Assembly (NCBI GenBank): GCA_951406725.2
Contig: OX597822.1
Span: 114,700,001 to 114,764,000, forward strand
DNA length: 64,000 bases
DNA from: Octopus vulgaris
Lineage: Eukaryota
Direction of reading: 5' to 3'
The notes beneath the pieces were generated by a model that was not told the DNA's origin, did not search any database, and worked only from the letters and a program-made list of their open reading frames with translations. Both the position numbers and the translations under genes were made by a program. Shown piece by piece: positions 29,116 through 45,454 of this stretch (position 1 is the stretch's first letter; every line of letters begins with the position of its first letter).

Positions 29116-29542
29116 TATATATAGTTATCATGCATAAAGTATTCTCACGAAATTCATTTACAACTGGCAACTGGCATTGACGCATGCGCATAACAGGATG
29201 CAATATATCCCTATTTTCCGTCTTCATGTTTTTTTTCTCTTTTTTCTTCTTCTGTTTTTCTTTCAGTAAGTAATAAGCAAGCAAGTATAATGCGGTCGTC
29301 TGCTTTCATACAATTATTGAATTGCAAGTGCCATTCTCTGCCAGTGAAAACCCTCGCGGGGGAAATCAATGAAGTAAATAATACATATAGCTTCCTTGCA
29401 GGCATGTTGAGTTAACGTCCAAATTTTGTTATTTTAGATCATATCGTATATGTTAACATATTTTAAAAATAAACAAATAAATGTGTACCGCCGTAACTTC
29501 TAATCCCTCTTCCTTTAAAACGCTGAAACTTCATGCCAATGC

Positions 29543-29711
<169 letters not shown>

Positions 29712-29772
29712 AACAGCGTAAATATAAGCTAAAATTACATTAAACCTATGTTATTGTCCCTACTGTTGTTAC

Positions 29773-29830
<58 letters not shown>

Positions 29831-29876
29831 AGTAGTATTAATAGTAGTAGTACCACCATTCCCCATCATCATCAGC

Positions 29877-29927
<51 letters not shown>

Positions 29928-30068
29928 GGCATCATAATTGCTATGGTCGCCATATTTGTTGCTCTACTGTGGGATATGGAAATTGAGATGGTGTTCGAAA
30001 CAAGATGGCGTGCAGAGTGCTGACATGCAATCATCCATATTACCCGTACACCGATAAAAAAATGAAAA

Positions 30069-30178
<110 letters not shown>

Positions 30179-31257
30179 CATATAGACATATATATGTACA
30201 TGCACAAACATATACATGCAAATATATATGCATATATTTATGTATGTTTGTTTGTATGTATGTATGTATGTATGTATGTATGCATGTTTGTATATACGCC
30301 CATGCCTGCCACCAGGAGTGTGTTGCTAACACATGCTGGCAATATAAACACGAGCAGAGATGTAAGTTACGCGAGAGTATACGTTGCATATATGCATGTA
30401 TGTTTGCATGTATATATGTATGTATGTATGTACAGTAATATAAATATGCATTTATATGTATATATGCATATATGCGTGTGTTTGTGTGCACGTATGTATG
30501 TGCGTACGCTGATGTAAATAAATGTGTGTGTGCGTATGTGTGTGTATGTGCTTGTGTGCATGCATAAAGTGTCAGTTTCCTAATTCATGGGTCAGGAATC
30601 TGTGTCTTGCTTAAGTCATTGTATAAGTTTATAAATTCCTCTACCGAACCCTGCTTACCTAAAATTAATTTACGTAGTCAGGGGTGAGTAGAGAAGCAGA
30701 AATACACAGCTCAATTTTCCGTTGCTGGTTATGTTTGTTTTGCATCAGGTACTGAGTTTGTATTATACGAAGTCTAGCTTGAACATTGTTCACGTTTAAA
30801 CCGAGATAGCGTCTGAGAGCAAGAGAGACAGAGATAGAGACAGAGGGAGAGTGAAGGGGGACAGACAGCTAGACATGAAAATATATAAAGAGAGGAAGTT
30901 GAGACACGTTGCTATAAACATACCAAAGATTGCATTTGAATTAAAATCTGCCTAATTGGAAAAGAATTAACCAAAATGCTGAACTATGGCGTTCAGTCAG
31001 AATTGAGGATGACGCGAAAATATGTACCATGTTTTTGCAGTTTTAAATGTTCATGTAGTATGTATCGGTTAATTGTTTTCGTGCCTGTGTACTATGTTTT
31101 TGCTAACTGTTTAATATGCCTATGTACCATGTATTCGGTAACTGCTTTAGGTACTTATGCACCATGCTTTCTCTAACTGTTTTATTGCTCAGTTACCATG
31201 TTTTTGTTAACTGTTTTAGGTGTCTATATACAGCAGAAAATCCGAAGTATGACAGGC

Positions 31258-31308
<51 letters not shown>

Positions 31309-32257
31309 CACCAGCATTCGGTTGGTATTCATTGCAGCTGATTAGACGGAAACAATATGTAAATGAAGTGACTTAATTTGACAAGTGGTTCACGAATTAG
31401 TTCACGGAATATATGATGATGAGCCTATCACCTTAACCATTAAGTCAAAGATCTTCACGACAGAGAATTATTCCCACAAATACCCCATCTCTGGACGGCA
31501 TTCTGAAACCCACTCCTACTAATTCTATCGTTCCTACAATGATCTTCACTCAGCTAAACAAACCACACTAAAGACACCTACATAAACAGCAAAACGAGAT
31601 TTTCCAACCATGCCCACATGAAAGGAAGTATGTGCTTAGATATTGACAGACTGAATCATGATTAGAAACTTTAAAACTTCTACTATCAGTACTTCTCACC
31701 ACCAGGGTCTGAGGTTTCAGCGCAATGTTTACTACACCAAACATATTATATACAGACATACCCATACAAATACACATACATATCCAATTTCAAGATTGGA
31801 CGCACACCTCATGCTCCTTTTCTACCCCCCCCCCCCCCGCTTGCACACAATTGAACATTACACCTTCTGCACCCAAGCTGCAACACCACTTTGCGTGTAG
31901 TTACCGCTTACACTGTGAAGGCATTCTGAATTCTGCGCAAGGAGGCATTACTCTAAATAAATTCCACTCCGAAATTCTCCCACGAGTATTTTCGTTCCAC
32001 TTTTTCACAACACCTACCGACCACACGTGACTCTTCCTGATCTCTCCTGGCGGGAATTTGTCACATATTTCCATATCAGTCCTTCTAATGAAAAGTGTTC
32101 TGTGTTTTTCTCCTGATTTCTATGCAAAACCGAATTTTAAAATCCGCTGAAATGAATTTATAACACCATGATATATAAATAATAATTTACCAACTTAATT
32201 CACAAATGAATGTGCACTGCTTTATGTATGTGTGTGTGTGTGTGTGTGAGTTTCTGT

Positions 32258-32289
<32 letters not shown>

Positions 32290-32299
32290 ATTCGGAGCT

Positions 32300-32700
32300 T
32301 TGCCTTTGGTTCTTTACGATAGCCGAGAATACGTAAGAACTTATGTTCTCTTATAATTTTAAATATTTGTAATCGCTAAACAAGGAAGGAGCTGTTTACG
32401 AACCAAAATACAAAGTGCCAATGTGGAATGTAAATGACACAGAAAAATTCACATTTTGAACCTGAGAAAAGTCTTGCTTATTTTTAACGTTTCGCTTACA
32501 GATTGCTTTTGTAATGTGCGAGTAAGATTGTTGATTTCTTTTCCTGAAAACGCGAGCTTATCCAGATTGTCACGTATGCATTCACTCACAAAACCAAGTA
32601 CACCAGTTATTATTGGTATAAATGTGAATTTATAATCAGGTAAAAGAAGCTGGAAGTTTCGAAGCAATTCGCCGCAGCTATCTTCCTTCTCTCTGCTTTT
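32300..32700 (-). mobile_element. 3' end of an RLE-endonuclease (R2/NeSL/R4 superfamily) LINE
   Basis: [20 protein letters not shown]...KISKTFLRF; related copy at 50350-50960. Confidence 0.7.
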
Positions 32701-32725
32701 CGAAACGTGTGTGTATGTATGCAAG

Positions 32726-32800
<75 letters not shown>

Positions 32801-33066
32801 ATGTACGTATATATATGTATGTATGTACGTATGTATTTATGTATGTATGTATGTATGTATGTGTGTGTGTATGTATGTATGTATGTATGTATGTATGTAT
32901 GTATATATATATATATATATACATATATATACGTATGTGTATACATATCTACACGCACGCACGCACGCACGCACACACGCACACACACACACATATATAT
33001 GTATATGTAAATGTGTGCGTGTGTGTTGGAAATTTAAATGTCCAATGGCCAACGATAAACATCATC

Positions 33067-33126
<60 letters not shown>

Positions 33127-33170
33127 GTATGTATGTATGTATATATACATACATACATACATACATATAC

Positions 33171-33213
<43 letters not shown>

Positions 33214-35150
33214 CATACATATACATATATATATATATATACATATATACATATACATATATATATATAAATACATACATACATACATACATATATATAT
33301 AGTAGTAAATTATTTTTTAGCACAAAGACGAGATATTCCTTGTTGCAAGAATAGAGTTACCTCGAAACCCATTTGTAAATTCTGCAACTGAAACATTAAC
33401 AGCTTTTCCTTCGGTTGGCACCAAATCTTCATGAGGTTTTATAAGAATTCCGTTTCTTGCTGATAGACATTTACGGAATCTTACTTATCAGTGTTATATT
33501 ACAATTTATACACCACTTTGTTACAACTGACACTTTTTTCGACCGACAATGGGATCATTACGGAATCCCCCATGACTAAAACATAACTATCTTTGTTACT
33601 TGCGAAATATTTCAGAATTATTCTATATTTTTGCAAACTGAACAAATGTACTGCAAGCAGTGAAATGACACAGAGCTCATTCATCACACTCTCCTTATCT
33701 TAGAGGGCGTCATTCTGTAGATTAAAACGCATGTATCAATTTTTCTTTCATATGCAAAGCGTTTTTTAGCAATCTGCTGGGAACCATTTGGCTAATAGCA
33801 GCATAGTTTCATCACCGGACTTTGTAACTTGAGTATTTCATAAGTGCACTTTCTTTCCATTTGATGATCGTTACTTTATTAATGAATATATGTTTCGCAC
33901 GATCATACTTAGTTCAGTTCTTATTCTCCTTTAAATGCTAAGGGACGTCATGCAATCCCAGAAGCTAACTTGAAGTTGATAAATCCTATATCACTCTTGA
34001 TATCAATGATTTGTTATGGGTAGACTTATTTCCACCGATTTATTGTCCTAGGTTTCTATATTGTCACAGATTTCGTAAACACATTGTTTTTTTTTATTTG
34101 CGTGTAAACAAAGATGATGAGCTGGTTGAATCGTAAGAACGTCGGATAAAATATTTAGAGGAATTTTTTCCGGTTGCTCGTTGCGGTTTCAAATCGTGCA
34201 AGGTTAGCTTACTCTTTAATCCCTTCAGCGTCTATAAAATAAAGTACCAGTCAAGTCTTGTCAATGGAATGACTAATCCTCTCCCCTTAAAATTACTTGC
34301 TTTGTGCTTATATCAAAAACAGCTATTAAAGGCAGTGAGCTGGTAGAATTGTTAGCACGTTGGACGACACTCTAAGCAGTATTTCTTCAGATCCATTACG
34401 TTCTTAGTTCGAATACTGCTGCAGACAATTTTGCCTTTTGTCTCGTCGTGGTCGATACAATAAAGTACCAGCGAAGTACTAGTGTCGATGGTGTCGACTA
34501 AGCCGTTTCCCTCAAAATTCTGGAAATATTTCAGTATAAACAACAGAGTCTACGATGTGAAGATCAGGAGTTCACACGGAAAAAGACGTCTACTTGAGAC
34601 GCAGCTTTAGAAAGTTAGGTATTTTTTAGACATGATTGTTATGTCTCTTGTTTTTGGTCACAGGATGAATCTCTCAAAGGTAACAACAAATGCTTTTATC
34701 ACATTTACAAGGTGCAATCATCTAAACTAGCCATGTGTGAGAGACTGAGTCGAACGCGTTTTCATAATCCACCTCTTTTTTTTTTTTTTTTCTGGTGTTA
34801 TTTAACTTCACAAAGTGTAGCTTTATAATAAAAGTTGCGTTGTTCCACACAACTTGAACGACTCTTGTTTACGCCTTTCCCTAAATACATATCAACTACC
34901 GTTTTATTACTATGACAATGATTCTTAACAAATTTGTTGACAGCCTGTATATTATTCGTACATGACGTTAAAAATGCATTATGACATTCCAGTGCGTCTT
35001 TAGTCTTGAATATCAGCTTTGTTTGTATCAGAGAAAGTCAGTCAAGCGTTTCGACATTTCCATTCATAGTTTTCTATTAACACACCTTTATAGTATAAGC
35101 TGGTTGTTAGGTCATTTCCAGGTGCTTTCACACACACACACACACACACA

Positions 35151-35191
<41 letters not shown>

Positions 35192-35650
35192 AATTCTCTT
35201 GGGAAGGTGCCATTGGCTTTAGTGTAAATCAAAGCTATGAAAGCATGTGAGAAGGCAATATTTAATGCCTTATTATATCAAACCAAAGTTATTGTTTCGA
35301 TTTCAGTCTGTACAAGTCCCTGATGCGTCGCCACGAGTGCATCAAATTAAAAACAAATGATATTAATGATGTAGCCTTTGGAAATCACTGTTGTCACATT
35401 ATTTGCAACTGAATTACTGGTGTAATCGAGGTTGTTTGCCCCCAAAAAGCATCGGTGAAATATTACATAAAACAAAATCCTCCACATTAAATAGAAAGTA
35501 CTGCACCCATTGTATATAAAACCGATGTCATTTTATTGGTATTAAAATCTTTAGAAATCATTGATTTTAAATTCCCCAAAACGTTATGGGATATGCGTAA
35601 AGCAGTGGAGTATACAAACTGGAGACCGATTCAAATACGTTTGAGAAATA

Positions 35651-36216
35651 TTGGGTTGTCCGGAAAGTTCGTGCCGATTTTTAAAGGAAAGAAAAAGGTC
35701 AATAAATACTTGCCATTACATTTTCAATCAACCAAATACGAACTATTTTGTTGCACAATGCGTCTCCATCTTTCCTTTAACTTGAAAATACCCTTTTCCC
35801 AGAATTGAGGTGGTTTCATGACAAAGAATTCATCAAGGTATCTTTTTACATCATCCAAGGAATTGAAATTTTTACCATTAAGATTATTCTGCAGAGACCT
35901 GAATAAGTGGGAATCCGAAGGAGCAATATCTGGGGAATATGGAGGGTGGGGTAACACATCCCAGTCGAGCTGCAGCAATTTTTGCCTGGTCCCCAAAGCA
36001 TCAAGTGCTGAAAAGGAACTTTCTTATCTTCCACTTTAAAGGGTTACAGAATTAACACAGGTTATAGGAACATAAACCTTCTTCCACGAAAATATAGCTT
36101 AAACTGTGCTCTAAATGGAGGGGTAGTCAAATCCTATTTTATGGACTCAACCATGTTCTAAAGTAAGTCGAAAGTTAAGCTACTATAAATCGGCACGAAC
36201 TTTCCGGACAACCCAA
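35651..36216 (-). mobile_element. Internally deleted mariner element with perfect 30-bp TIRs and TA TSD
   Basis: TA|TTGGGTTGTCCGGAAAGTTCGTGCCGATTT ... AAATCGGCACGAACTTTCCGGACAACCCAA|TA; C-terminal LPHPPYSPDIAPSDSHLFRSLQN..WEKGIFKLKERW. Confidence 0.95.
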
Positions 36217-36938
36217 TATTTGAATCTGTAAAGGCTTCGCATTGCAGTTTGTCATAAAGCAAAATGTGTTACTTAAAACAAAATGGTATCAAAACACCAT
36301 AATCAGCTCAGAGTGCACTAAAATTGGACTGATGGGTATATTTTAAGCTTATACGTTCTCTTCAGAAGTAGATATTAAGGGAAACAACTATGAGTTGATT
36401 AGTATTAAAGCGAGGTATTTTTTGATCCGGATTCTTTAAGACTTTTTGAGATTGGATATTCTTTATTTTGTTATTATTTGGCCTGCAATTTTAGTATAGT
36501 TTCTGTGTTCTTTGATGTTGATATACCTTACCATTTTAGCACGTGGTTACTGATGATACCTTTTCAGATATTTCCTGAAAGCAAAGTCGCTGCTCATTTT
36601 GGAAAATTCTTCCTTAGGATTTTGTTACGGAAAATAACTTAATACTTCATTTAAATTTGGGGAAAATGTCTAAAAATGTTTGGCCATTCTTTGCTGTCTA
36701 CCGTTCTTTCTATTTAAAATATTTGGCTTAATTTAGTTGTTTACGATAATTTCGCTGTTTCACTTCTCAGAATCTGTGTGTTACTTCAACGTTCATTTTA
36801 AAAAGAACTCAATGCTTAGCATTTTGCCCGGCGTGCTAACGATTCTACCAACGGGAAGGGTTGTGTTCTTAATATGTCATATTCACACACACATATGCAT
36901 TTACGCATACCAACATATGTATTACACGCACACGCACG

Positions 36939-36994
<56 letters not shown>

Positions 36995-37011
36995 TATATA
37001 TGTATATAACT

Positions 37012-37320
37012 GTCACTCTGTCGGTTACGCCGATGAGGGTTCCGATCAATGGAACAGCCTTCTCATGAAATTAACATGCATGTGACCGAGCACTTTACAG
37101 ACACGTGTACCTTTAACATAGTTCTCAGGGAGATTTAGCGTGATGCAGAGTGGGATAAGGCTGGCTTTTTGAAATACGAGTACTACTCATTTTTGACAGC
37201 TAAGTGGACTGAAGCAACTTGAAATGAAGAGTCTTGCTCAAGGACACAATGCGTCACTGCAATCGAATTCATGACCTTGCGATCGTGAGCCGAATACACT
37301 AACCATTAAGCCACGCGCCT
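37012..37320 (-). mobile_element. SINE family 4
   Basis: Homologous to 14588-14910. Confidence 0.75.
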
Positions 37321-37379
37321 TGACACACACACACACACACACAGAGAGACACACACACACACACCATACATACACATGC

Positions 37380-37820
37380 ATCTACTACATATGTGGGAAA
37401 TTCTGTCTGTGGGTGTATTTGTTTGTGGAGTTGTTAGCTAACTCCTCCTACATCGTTTTATCGATTTTGATGAAACGACTCGTGAGTAGAACTCATGTTT
37501 AGAAACCTCATGACATACTCAGATTGTAGAAAAAATTGATAATAGGGCCCTTGGAAGGGATCTAATACATTTTATTTAAAAAACCAAAGGAAATAACCCA
37601 TTCGCTCCTGGAAGGGATCCTTATGTATAGCCAAGGGAAATAACCCATTCGTTTTCATAAATTATTTGGTAAAAACGAAATTGAGTATGCTTATTTCTTA
37701 GTATTTATACTGTTAGAGTTATTTTCGCAATTTACTTTGGGTATTCATAACTTATTAGTATTTCTTCATATGTTCTATATACTCTGGGAACGCATTAAAG
37801 CCCCGAAAGAGGCTTTTATA
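37380..37820 (+). mobile_element. DINE-1/HINE-like (Helentron-associated) element
   Basis: CTGTCTGT...AACTCCTCCTACATCGTTTTATCGATTTTGATGAAAC core motif. Confidence 0.4.
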
Positions 37821-38915
37821 TATATATACATATATACACATACATATATATATATATGGTCAATAAAGAAAGAGAAAAAAGAAAAAAAAGCAAACGTGGG
37901 GACGTAGCACAAGCAATGAATTAATAGGACACTCGGAGAAAGAAGAGAGTTGTTGTTTTACGTTTTGAGCACAGCTGTTCGTCGGAAGCAGGAAAAAGAA
38001 GAAAGTCCGAAGGAAAAGAAGGAAAACGGAGGAAAAATTGCCAAAAGTCCACGTGCGGTTACATTTCATATGTACATATGAATGATAAGATGAAATTTAA
38101 AGAGACTGGTGGTGGATAGAATTTAAAGAGAAATTATACTTGAATGTGTGAAACAAAACATATCAGTTAGTATCTGTGTGACAGACTAACAGTTTAAAAG
38201 ATCTAAATTGCATGTAGGCATAAGCGTATAGTGTATAAACCTTGGCATACACATTACCGATGAAAATATTTCACTTGATATTCAAATTTAAAGGTAAAAT
38301 AAAATGAAATCAAAATAACTCACCAAGTTGATTTTATATTATGAAAATTAACCCCTCCCCGCCACACGAAATCTTAAGTGCAATCAATCTACTGTTACAG
38401 CATGTACAATTTTTTCCCTTTTAGTTTGCTGGAGAAGAAAAGTAGGTAGCACACAAAAAAAGAAACGATTAAACTCTATATCTTCCTCCAAATTTGTCTT
38501 CCCTTTCATTTAAAAAGAATTACTGTTTCGTTAACAATAAAACAAATGTAAAGAGCTTATATACCATCTGTAAACAGGCGCATCTAATTTACATTACTTG
38601 GATCATATTATCGGGAGAAACGAATGTCATATAAACATAGATGCAACGTACTTATTTTTGTCTTCAATTAATTGCTTCATGAGACTAAAGAAAAACAGAA
38701 CAAACTAATTAAAAGTAATGGGCAACGGAAATTAGCAAGGAACAAAAAAAGTCAAAGAGAGCGACTAATTTGCTAAAAGTTACATCATAATTATTGTATG
38801 TATGCCATATTTCCTGACATTACTTACGGTGGCAAAAGTACTCGCAAAGTTATAAATCATATGATTACTACCACTAGTATATATATAATATACAAAATTC
38901 AGATACAAACACGCG

Positions 38916-38959
<44 letters not shown>

Positions 38960-39011
38960 CACTCATACACAGACATATGCACGCACACACACATACATAC
39001 AAAATGTGAAA

Positions 39012-39960
39012 GAGGACCCAGTGCGAGACCTTCTGTTCGCAGACGACTGCGCACTCAATGCCACCGCAGAGGCTCAGATGCAGCAGAGCGTGAACTGCTT
39101 CTCTCCTGCCTGCAACAAATTTGACCTCGCAATCAGTATTCTGAAAGCAGAGGACGTGCAGCAACTTGCCTCGCGGAAGCCATATTTGAACCAGCTATGA
39201 GAGTCGAAGGAGAAACCCTGAAAGTTGTTGGTAAGTTCACGTATTTTAGCAGCACACTTTCCAGGCCTGTGAACATTAAAGACGAAGTCGACACACGCGT
39301 CGCAAGAAGAAGCTCAGCATTCGGTGGTTCCATGAATCAGCGTGGGAGAGGAGAGGCATTAGGTTGACCACCAAGTCAAAGGTGTACCAAGCAGTTGTAC
39401 TGCCTTCGATACTGTGTGACCCCAAAGACTTGGGCTGTTTACGAACGCCACTCACTAGGCAAGGCAATGTCCCAGACGCAGAGGTACCTTCTCGAGCTAA
39501 TCACTGTTTAGGTGAGCGTAGATCAGGTGGACTGACCACCTTGTTCGAATTCCTGACACACGTTGTCTCCCGGTGAACACAATGTAGACAGAAAAAGTTC
39601 TTTAAGGATACACTCAAAGCCTCGCTAAAGTGCTCAGGGACCGACACCTGGAAAATGCAAGCGGAGGACCACCCTGCCTGGCGAAGTTTCAACAACAGAC
39701 GTGACACTTGCTACAAACAGAACCGGATGGCAGGACCACAAAGAAGATGTAAGCTGCGCAAGTCCAAAGCTAACACCTTGCCTCCAGTCTCAGCAAATCA
39801 GCAGTGCCCGACTTGTGACAGAAACTTCCGAGCACGCATCGGACTGATCAGCTACAACCAGTCACATCGTGAGTCCTTTTGTTTCCTATGTGAAGCCCTT
39901 GGTCATCGTTGGGCAACGACGGACAAACATTATCATTATTATTATTATTATTATTATTAT
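39012..39960 (+). mobile_element. Decayed RTE LINE 3' half
   Basis: VRDLLFADDCALNA, VGKFTYFSSTLS, TKSKVYQAVVLPSIL, C-terminal CPTCDRNFRARIGLISYNQSH, then an (ATT)n tail. Confidence 0.9.
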
Positions 39961-40807
<847 letters not shown>

Positions 40808-40830
40808 ATTATTATTATTATCATTATTAT

Positions 40831-41700
40831 ATGAAAACACAGTTTATTTTGCAGGGTATGATGGAACGTGTCAGCTGTCCGCAGCCAGCAGATTAAGATG
40901 ATTCTTGTTTACTGGTCATGCTTCAAGAACTCTGCGAAGAATTCTTGTAGTTCCAAGCAATGTTCATTTTTGTAGGTGATCTACCTTCACACTTGCACCA
41001 GTCTTTTTCAGCCATGCTGGTAGTTGAGTGCTGATACTTCCAAGTGCACCAATTACTATTAGTATAACGTCTACTCTCCTCTTTGACCACAACCTTCGTA
41101 TTTCCCACTTTAAATCGTCATAGTTGTATAATTTTTCTTCTTCTTTCTCATTGATCCTGTTGCCACTGGGACATGCTATGTTGATAATAATGCATGTTCT
41201 TTCTTTATTATTCACCACAACAATGTCCGGTTTCCGATGTCTGGTCAAATGATCGCACTGGATTATTACGCCCCACAGGATTTTGCAGTTCTCATTTTCG
41301 GTAACTCCTGGGGTTTTCTCATATCACGTCTTTGCTCTTTGTAGGCCGTGATTTCCACAGAACTCCCAAATGAATCATTCTTGCTATGCTGTCATGGCGT
41401 CTTTTTTATTCGTGTTGTACCAATTTCGGGCGTTCGTTAACGATGTGCCTTACCGTTTCACCCCTCTCACCACACATTCTGCATCTATCGCTGTCGGTAG
41501 TGTTGTCAATTCTGCACCTCATACAATTGGTCCTTAACGCTTGTACTTGAGCAGCGTATATGAGTGCTACAGTCTTTATCTTCAGGTCACTCCCTCTCAT
41601 CTCCACCGGTTCTCTGTATCTGTCGATCCCACAATCTCATCCATAGCTATTGGTCCTCTGTATACGTCAGTGACTCATTCTCATCCATAGCCATGGGTCC
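40831..41700 (-). mobile_element. R4/Dong-type LINE 3' end, older copy
   Basis: AAQVQALRTN..CRMCGERGETVRHIV; RKPDIVVV..EKLYNYDDLKWEIRRLW. Confidence 0.88.
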
Positions 41701-42118
41701 TCATTATTATTATTCTTATATCAAGGTTGAAGTTTCTCTTCACAAAGGTAAAAAAGCAATAAGAGTGCGACTGTTATTGGTAATAAACAGAGATTGCTTT
41801 TTCTTTCTTTCCTTCTTTCTGCTACCTTTTGTGAAAGACCGAAGACTGATGACGTCAGCTGGAAAGAAATGCAGTTAATCCGGTTTAATCCAGCGCTTCC
41901 TATCTTTGAATTTCATTTCATTTTATATTTTGAACGGTTTCAAGATACTCGGAGTGTCGAAACACTGTTCATTCGTGTCATTTTCATTTTAATAGAGTCA
42001 GTCTCTATTTATTACCAATAACAGTCACGCTCTTCTTCTTCTTCTTCTTCTTCTTCTTCTTCTTCTTCTTCTTCTTCTTCTTCTTCTTCTTCTTCTTCTT
42101 CTTCTTCTTCTTCTTCTT

Positions 42119-42149
<31 letters not shown>

Positions 42150-42172
42150 ATAATAATAATAATAATAATAAC

Positions 42173-42208
<36 letters not shown>

Positions 42209-42431
42209 CGTTACTGCACCGGGCAAAATTCTTAGCGGTATTCCGTCCGTTTTTACGTTGTGAGTTCAAATCCCACTGAGGTCGACTTTGCCATTCATCT
42301 TTTCGGGGCCGATGAATTAAGTACCAGTTATGCAGTCTCCTTCCACCTAAGTACCACTTAAGTACCAGTCTCCTTCCACCAAACTTAAGGCTTTGTGCCT
42401 TTTGTAGAAAGGATTATCATTATTTTGTGAT

Positions 42432-44050
42432 GAAAACACACAGTTTATTTTGCAGAGTATGATGGAACGTGTCAGCTGTCCGCAGCCAGCAGATTAAGAT
42501 GATTCTTGTTTACTGGTCATGCTTCAAGAACCCTGTGAAGAATTCTTGCAGTTCCAAGCAATGTTGATTTTTATAGTTATTCTACCTTCACACTTGCACC
42601 GATATTTTTCAGCCATATTGGTAGTTGAGCGTTGATACTTCCAAGTGCACCAATTATTACTGGTATCACGTCTACTCTCTTCATTGACCACAACATTCTG
42701 CATTTGTCGCTGTCGGTAGTGTTGTCTATCCTGCATTTAACATATAAGTGCTTCTATCTCTATCTTCAGGTCACCCCCTCCTCATCCATAGCCACCGCTA
42801 CGCTGTATCTGTCTTGGTGTTCACGTCTCTTGCAAACTGACCTTACATTTTTCCTTCCATGATTTTTCTTTTTTCGTGTTCATTTCTTCTTTAAATTTTT
42901 AATACGTGGTATCGCCCGCGTATGAACTGCTTGGATTTTATTCCGTCCAGTCAATTTTGAGTGCAACATTAACCTCAGTCTTCGGAAATACTCCATCCTC
43001 AGTTGCTCTTTCATTTCCTTCTTCATTATCTCGTTGAACTCTAGTACACCAAGGTATTTGTATCCTTCCATTTAAATTTGTTTAATCAATTCTCCATTCG
43101 GTAATTATATCCCTGCTAGGATTGTACTTTGCTTCTTTTTAGGTAGATTATTCAGCACTTCTTCAGTCCAAATTCCATTCTAATATCAGCACTAAAACAG
43201 TGGACCGTGTTCAGCAAGGAACTTACTTGTGTATCATCCTTGCCATACAGTTTCAAATCATCCATGAAGAGGAGTTGGTTTATTATTTGGGATTTTCCCT
43301 TTAGTTGGTACACCAGATTCAGTTTCCTAAGTACCAAGGTTACTGGTACCATGGAGAGAAGAAAAAGCAACGGAGATAAGCTATCAACCTGGACAATCCC
43401 TCTTTTGATACCCAGGGTGCCAAAGCTTTCTCCGTAAGATGTCAATTCAGTTTTCCACCTAACCATACTTTCCTTCAGGAAACATGTTACATTCCTCCCA
43501 ATTCCAAACAGATCTAAGCACTCGATGATCCACGAATGTGGAATCATATAATAAGCTTTGCGATAATCAATCCAAATGTGTTCTCTTTCGTTTACAATCT
43601 TACATTACCATTTTGTCTATCAATAATTGATCTTTTGGTACCTTTGCATCTCCTTCTACAGCCTTTTTGTTTCGTCGGTAATATATCATTATCATCAAGA
43701 AATTTGTACAATTCTTCTCCAATTCCTCCTGACAGTAACTTACACATTAATGGGAGGCAAGAAATTGGTATGTAATTGTCAGCAGTATTTCCCTTTGATG
43801 CATCATTCAGGCACAACACCGTTCTTCCTTTTATCAACCAGCATGGGACTTATTCTTCTCCATTGTTCAATGCGTTAAATTGCCCTGCGATCAATTTATG
43901 GCAACTACTGAACTTTTTTAATGCAAAATCCTTGAACAACTGCTGCTTTCCAATTGCTTGTCTTTTTACTAACCATGTGTTGAGGAGAATTCTTTGCGGT
44001 TTGAATAATTCACCTCTGGATACATCGGTGCTTCGTTCATCATTCGTAAA
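42432..44050 (-). mobile_element. R4/Dong-type LINE with reverse transcriptase region, internally deleted
   Basis: [28 protein letters not shown]; IPHSWIIECL; GIVQVDSLSPLLF; LLFMDDLKLY; YKYLGVLE. Its 3' end matches 40833-41085. Confidence 0.9.
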
Positions 44051-44071
44051 CAAACCTTATTCAGGGAGATT

Positions 44072-44294
44072 TTGAGCGGGATGGGCTACTCAACCTGAAG
44101 AAAATTCTAACTTGGCCCCACCTGCAAGGTCATGCACTGTTTATCTTGATATCAGATCACCATGTCGTGCACACATTGGTGTGGTGCATGTGCCTGGTGT
44201 ACCCTTATCAGACGGGTAGTCATGATGGGTATATTGGGCTTCGTATAATTGTACCCCAGTGACATTTTGATGGCTTGCGCTGCTCTGTCACTCG

Positions 44295-44295
<1 letters not shown>
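44072..44295 (-). mobile_element. SINE family 3
   Basis: Homologous to 6655-6875. Confidence 0.6.
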
Positions 44296-44356
<61 letters not shown>

Positions 44357-44358
44357 TA

Positions 44359-45330
44359 ATGGCAACGAAAAAAGCGCACGAGCAATTGGCTGATAGGTGG
44401 GAGGAGAAACCTCTGTACGGCAAATATGTGGCCCGTAGCAAACAAGCTGATGTTGACCAGAAGCAAACCCATCAGTGGCTACGGAGCTCAGGGCTAAAAG
44501 CAGAGAGCGAAGGTTTCATCCTGGCTGCTCAAGATCAAAGCCTATTAACCCGGAACTACCAGGCCAATGTGATGAAAAATGGAGCAGACCCAAAATGCCG
44601 ATTCTGCAACGACATGATTGAAACAGTGGACCACCTAATCTCTGGATGTAAAGTCTTAGCACCAGTGGAGTATAAATTAAGACATGACAGAGTTGGCCAA
44701 TATCTACTCTGGCTAATAAGTCGGCATTACAATATCAAAACTGCCGACAAGTGGTATAATCACCAACCTGAAGCTGTAACTGAAGGAAAAAATGTAACGA
44801 TTCTGTGGGACTTTCCAGTACATACAGACCGAACCATCAAAGCCACTAAACCGGATATTGTTGTGAAAGACCAAAACAATAAAGTATGCTTATTGATCGA
44901 CATGAGCATCCCCTGTGATCATAATATTTCGGCGAAAGAGTTTGACAAGCTCAGGAAATATAAAGACCTGCTCATTGAAATTGAGAAAATGTGGCATCTC
45001 AAGGCGGTTACAATACCAGTGATCGTAGGAGCACTAGGAATGATCAAGAAGGGAACCGAAAATTATATGAGAATGATCTCTGGCTTACCATCCCTGCATG
45101 AAATGCAAAAGATTGTCTTAACTGGTACATCACACGTATTGAGAAGAGCATTGTCGATGTGAGAACTATTACTACCCATGTATTTTAATTTAACTTTAAA
45201 AAAAATGAACGAACTAGTGAGTTTAGTTTAATGGCCTACCAATGTATACTATGAGTTTCTTTGCCCTAGGAGTCGGGAAGACACTCGGCAAGAAATGGAA
45301 GCAAATTTGAAAGAAGAAGAAAAAAAAAAT
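44359..45330 (+). mobile_element. Young 5'-truncated R4/Dong-type LINE; intact 267-aa C-terminal ORF (CCHC + PD-(D/E)xK endonuclease)
   Basis: ORF 44359-45162: AAQDQSLLTRNY, CRFCNDMIETVDHLISGC, RHD, KPDIVV..LLIDMSIP, KLRKYKDL; flanked by (TAA)n on both sides. Confidence 0.93.
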
Positions 45331-45454
45331 AATAATAAAGTAATAATATTAATTTATAATAAATCTCTGAACGAGATATAAGCTACAGTAACACCCACCC
45401 TTAGTGGTTAGCCATATTGAGATGGCAAGTATACCTCACAATAATAATATAGTT

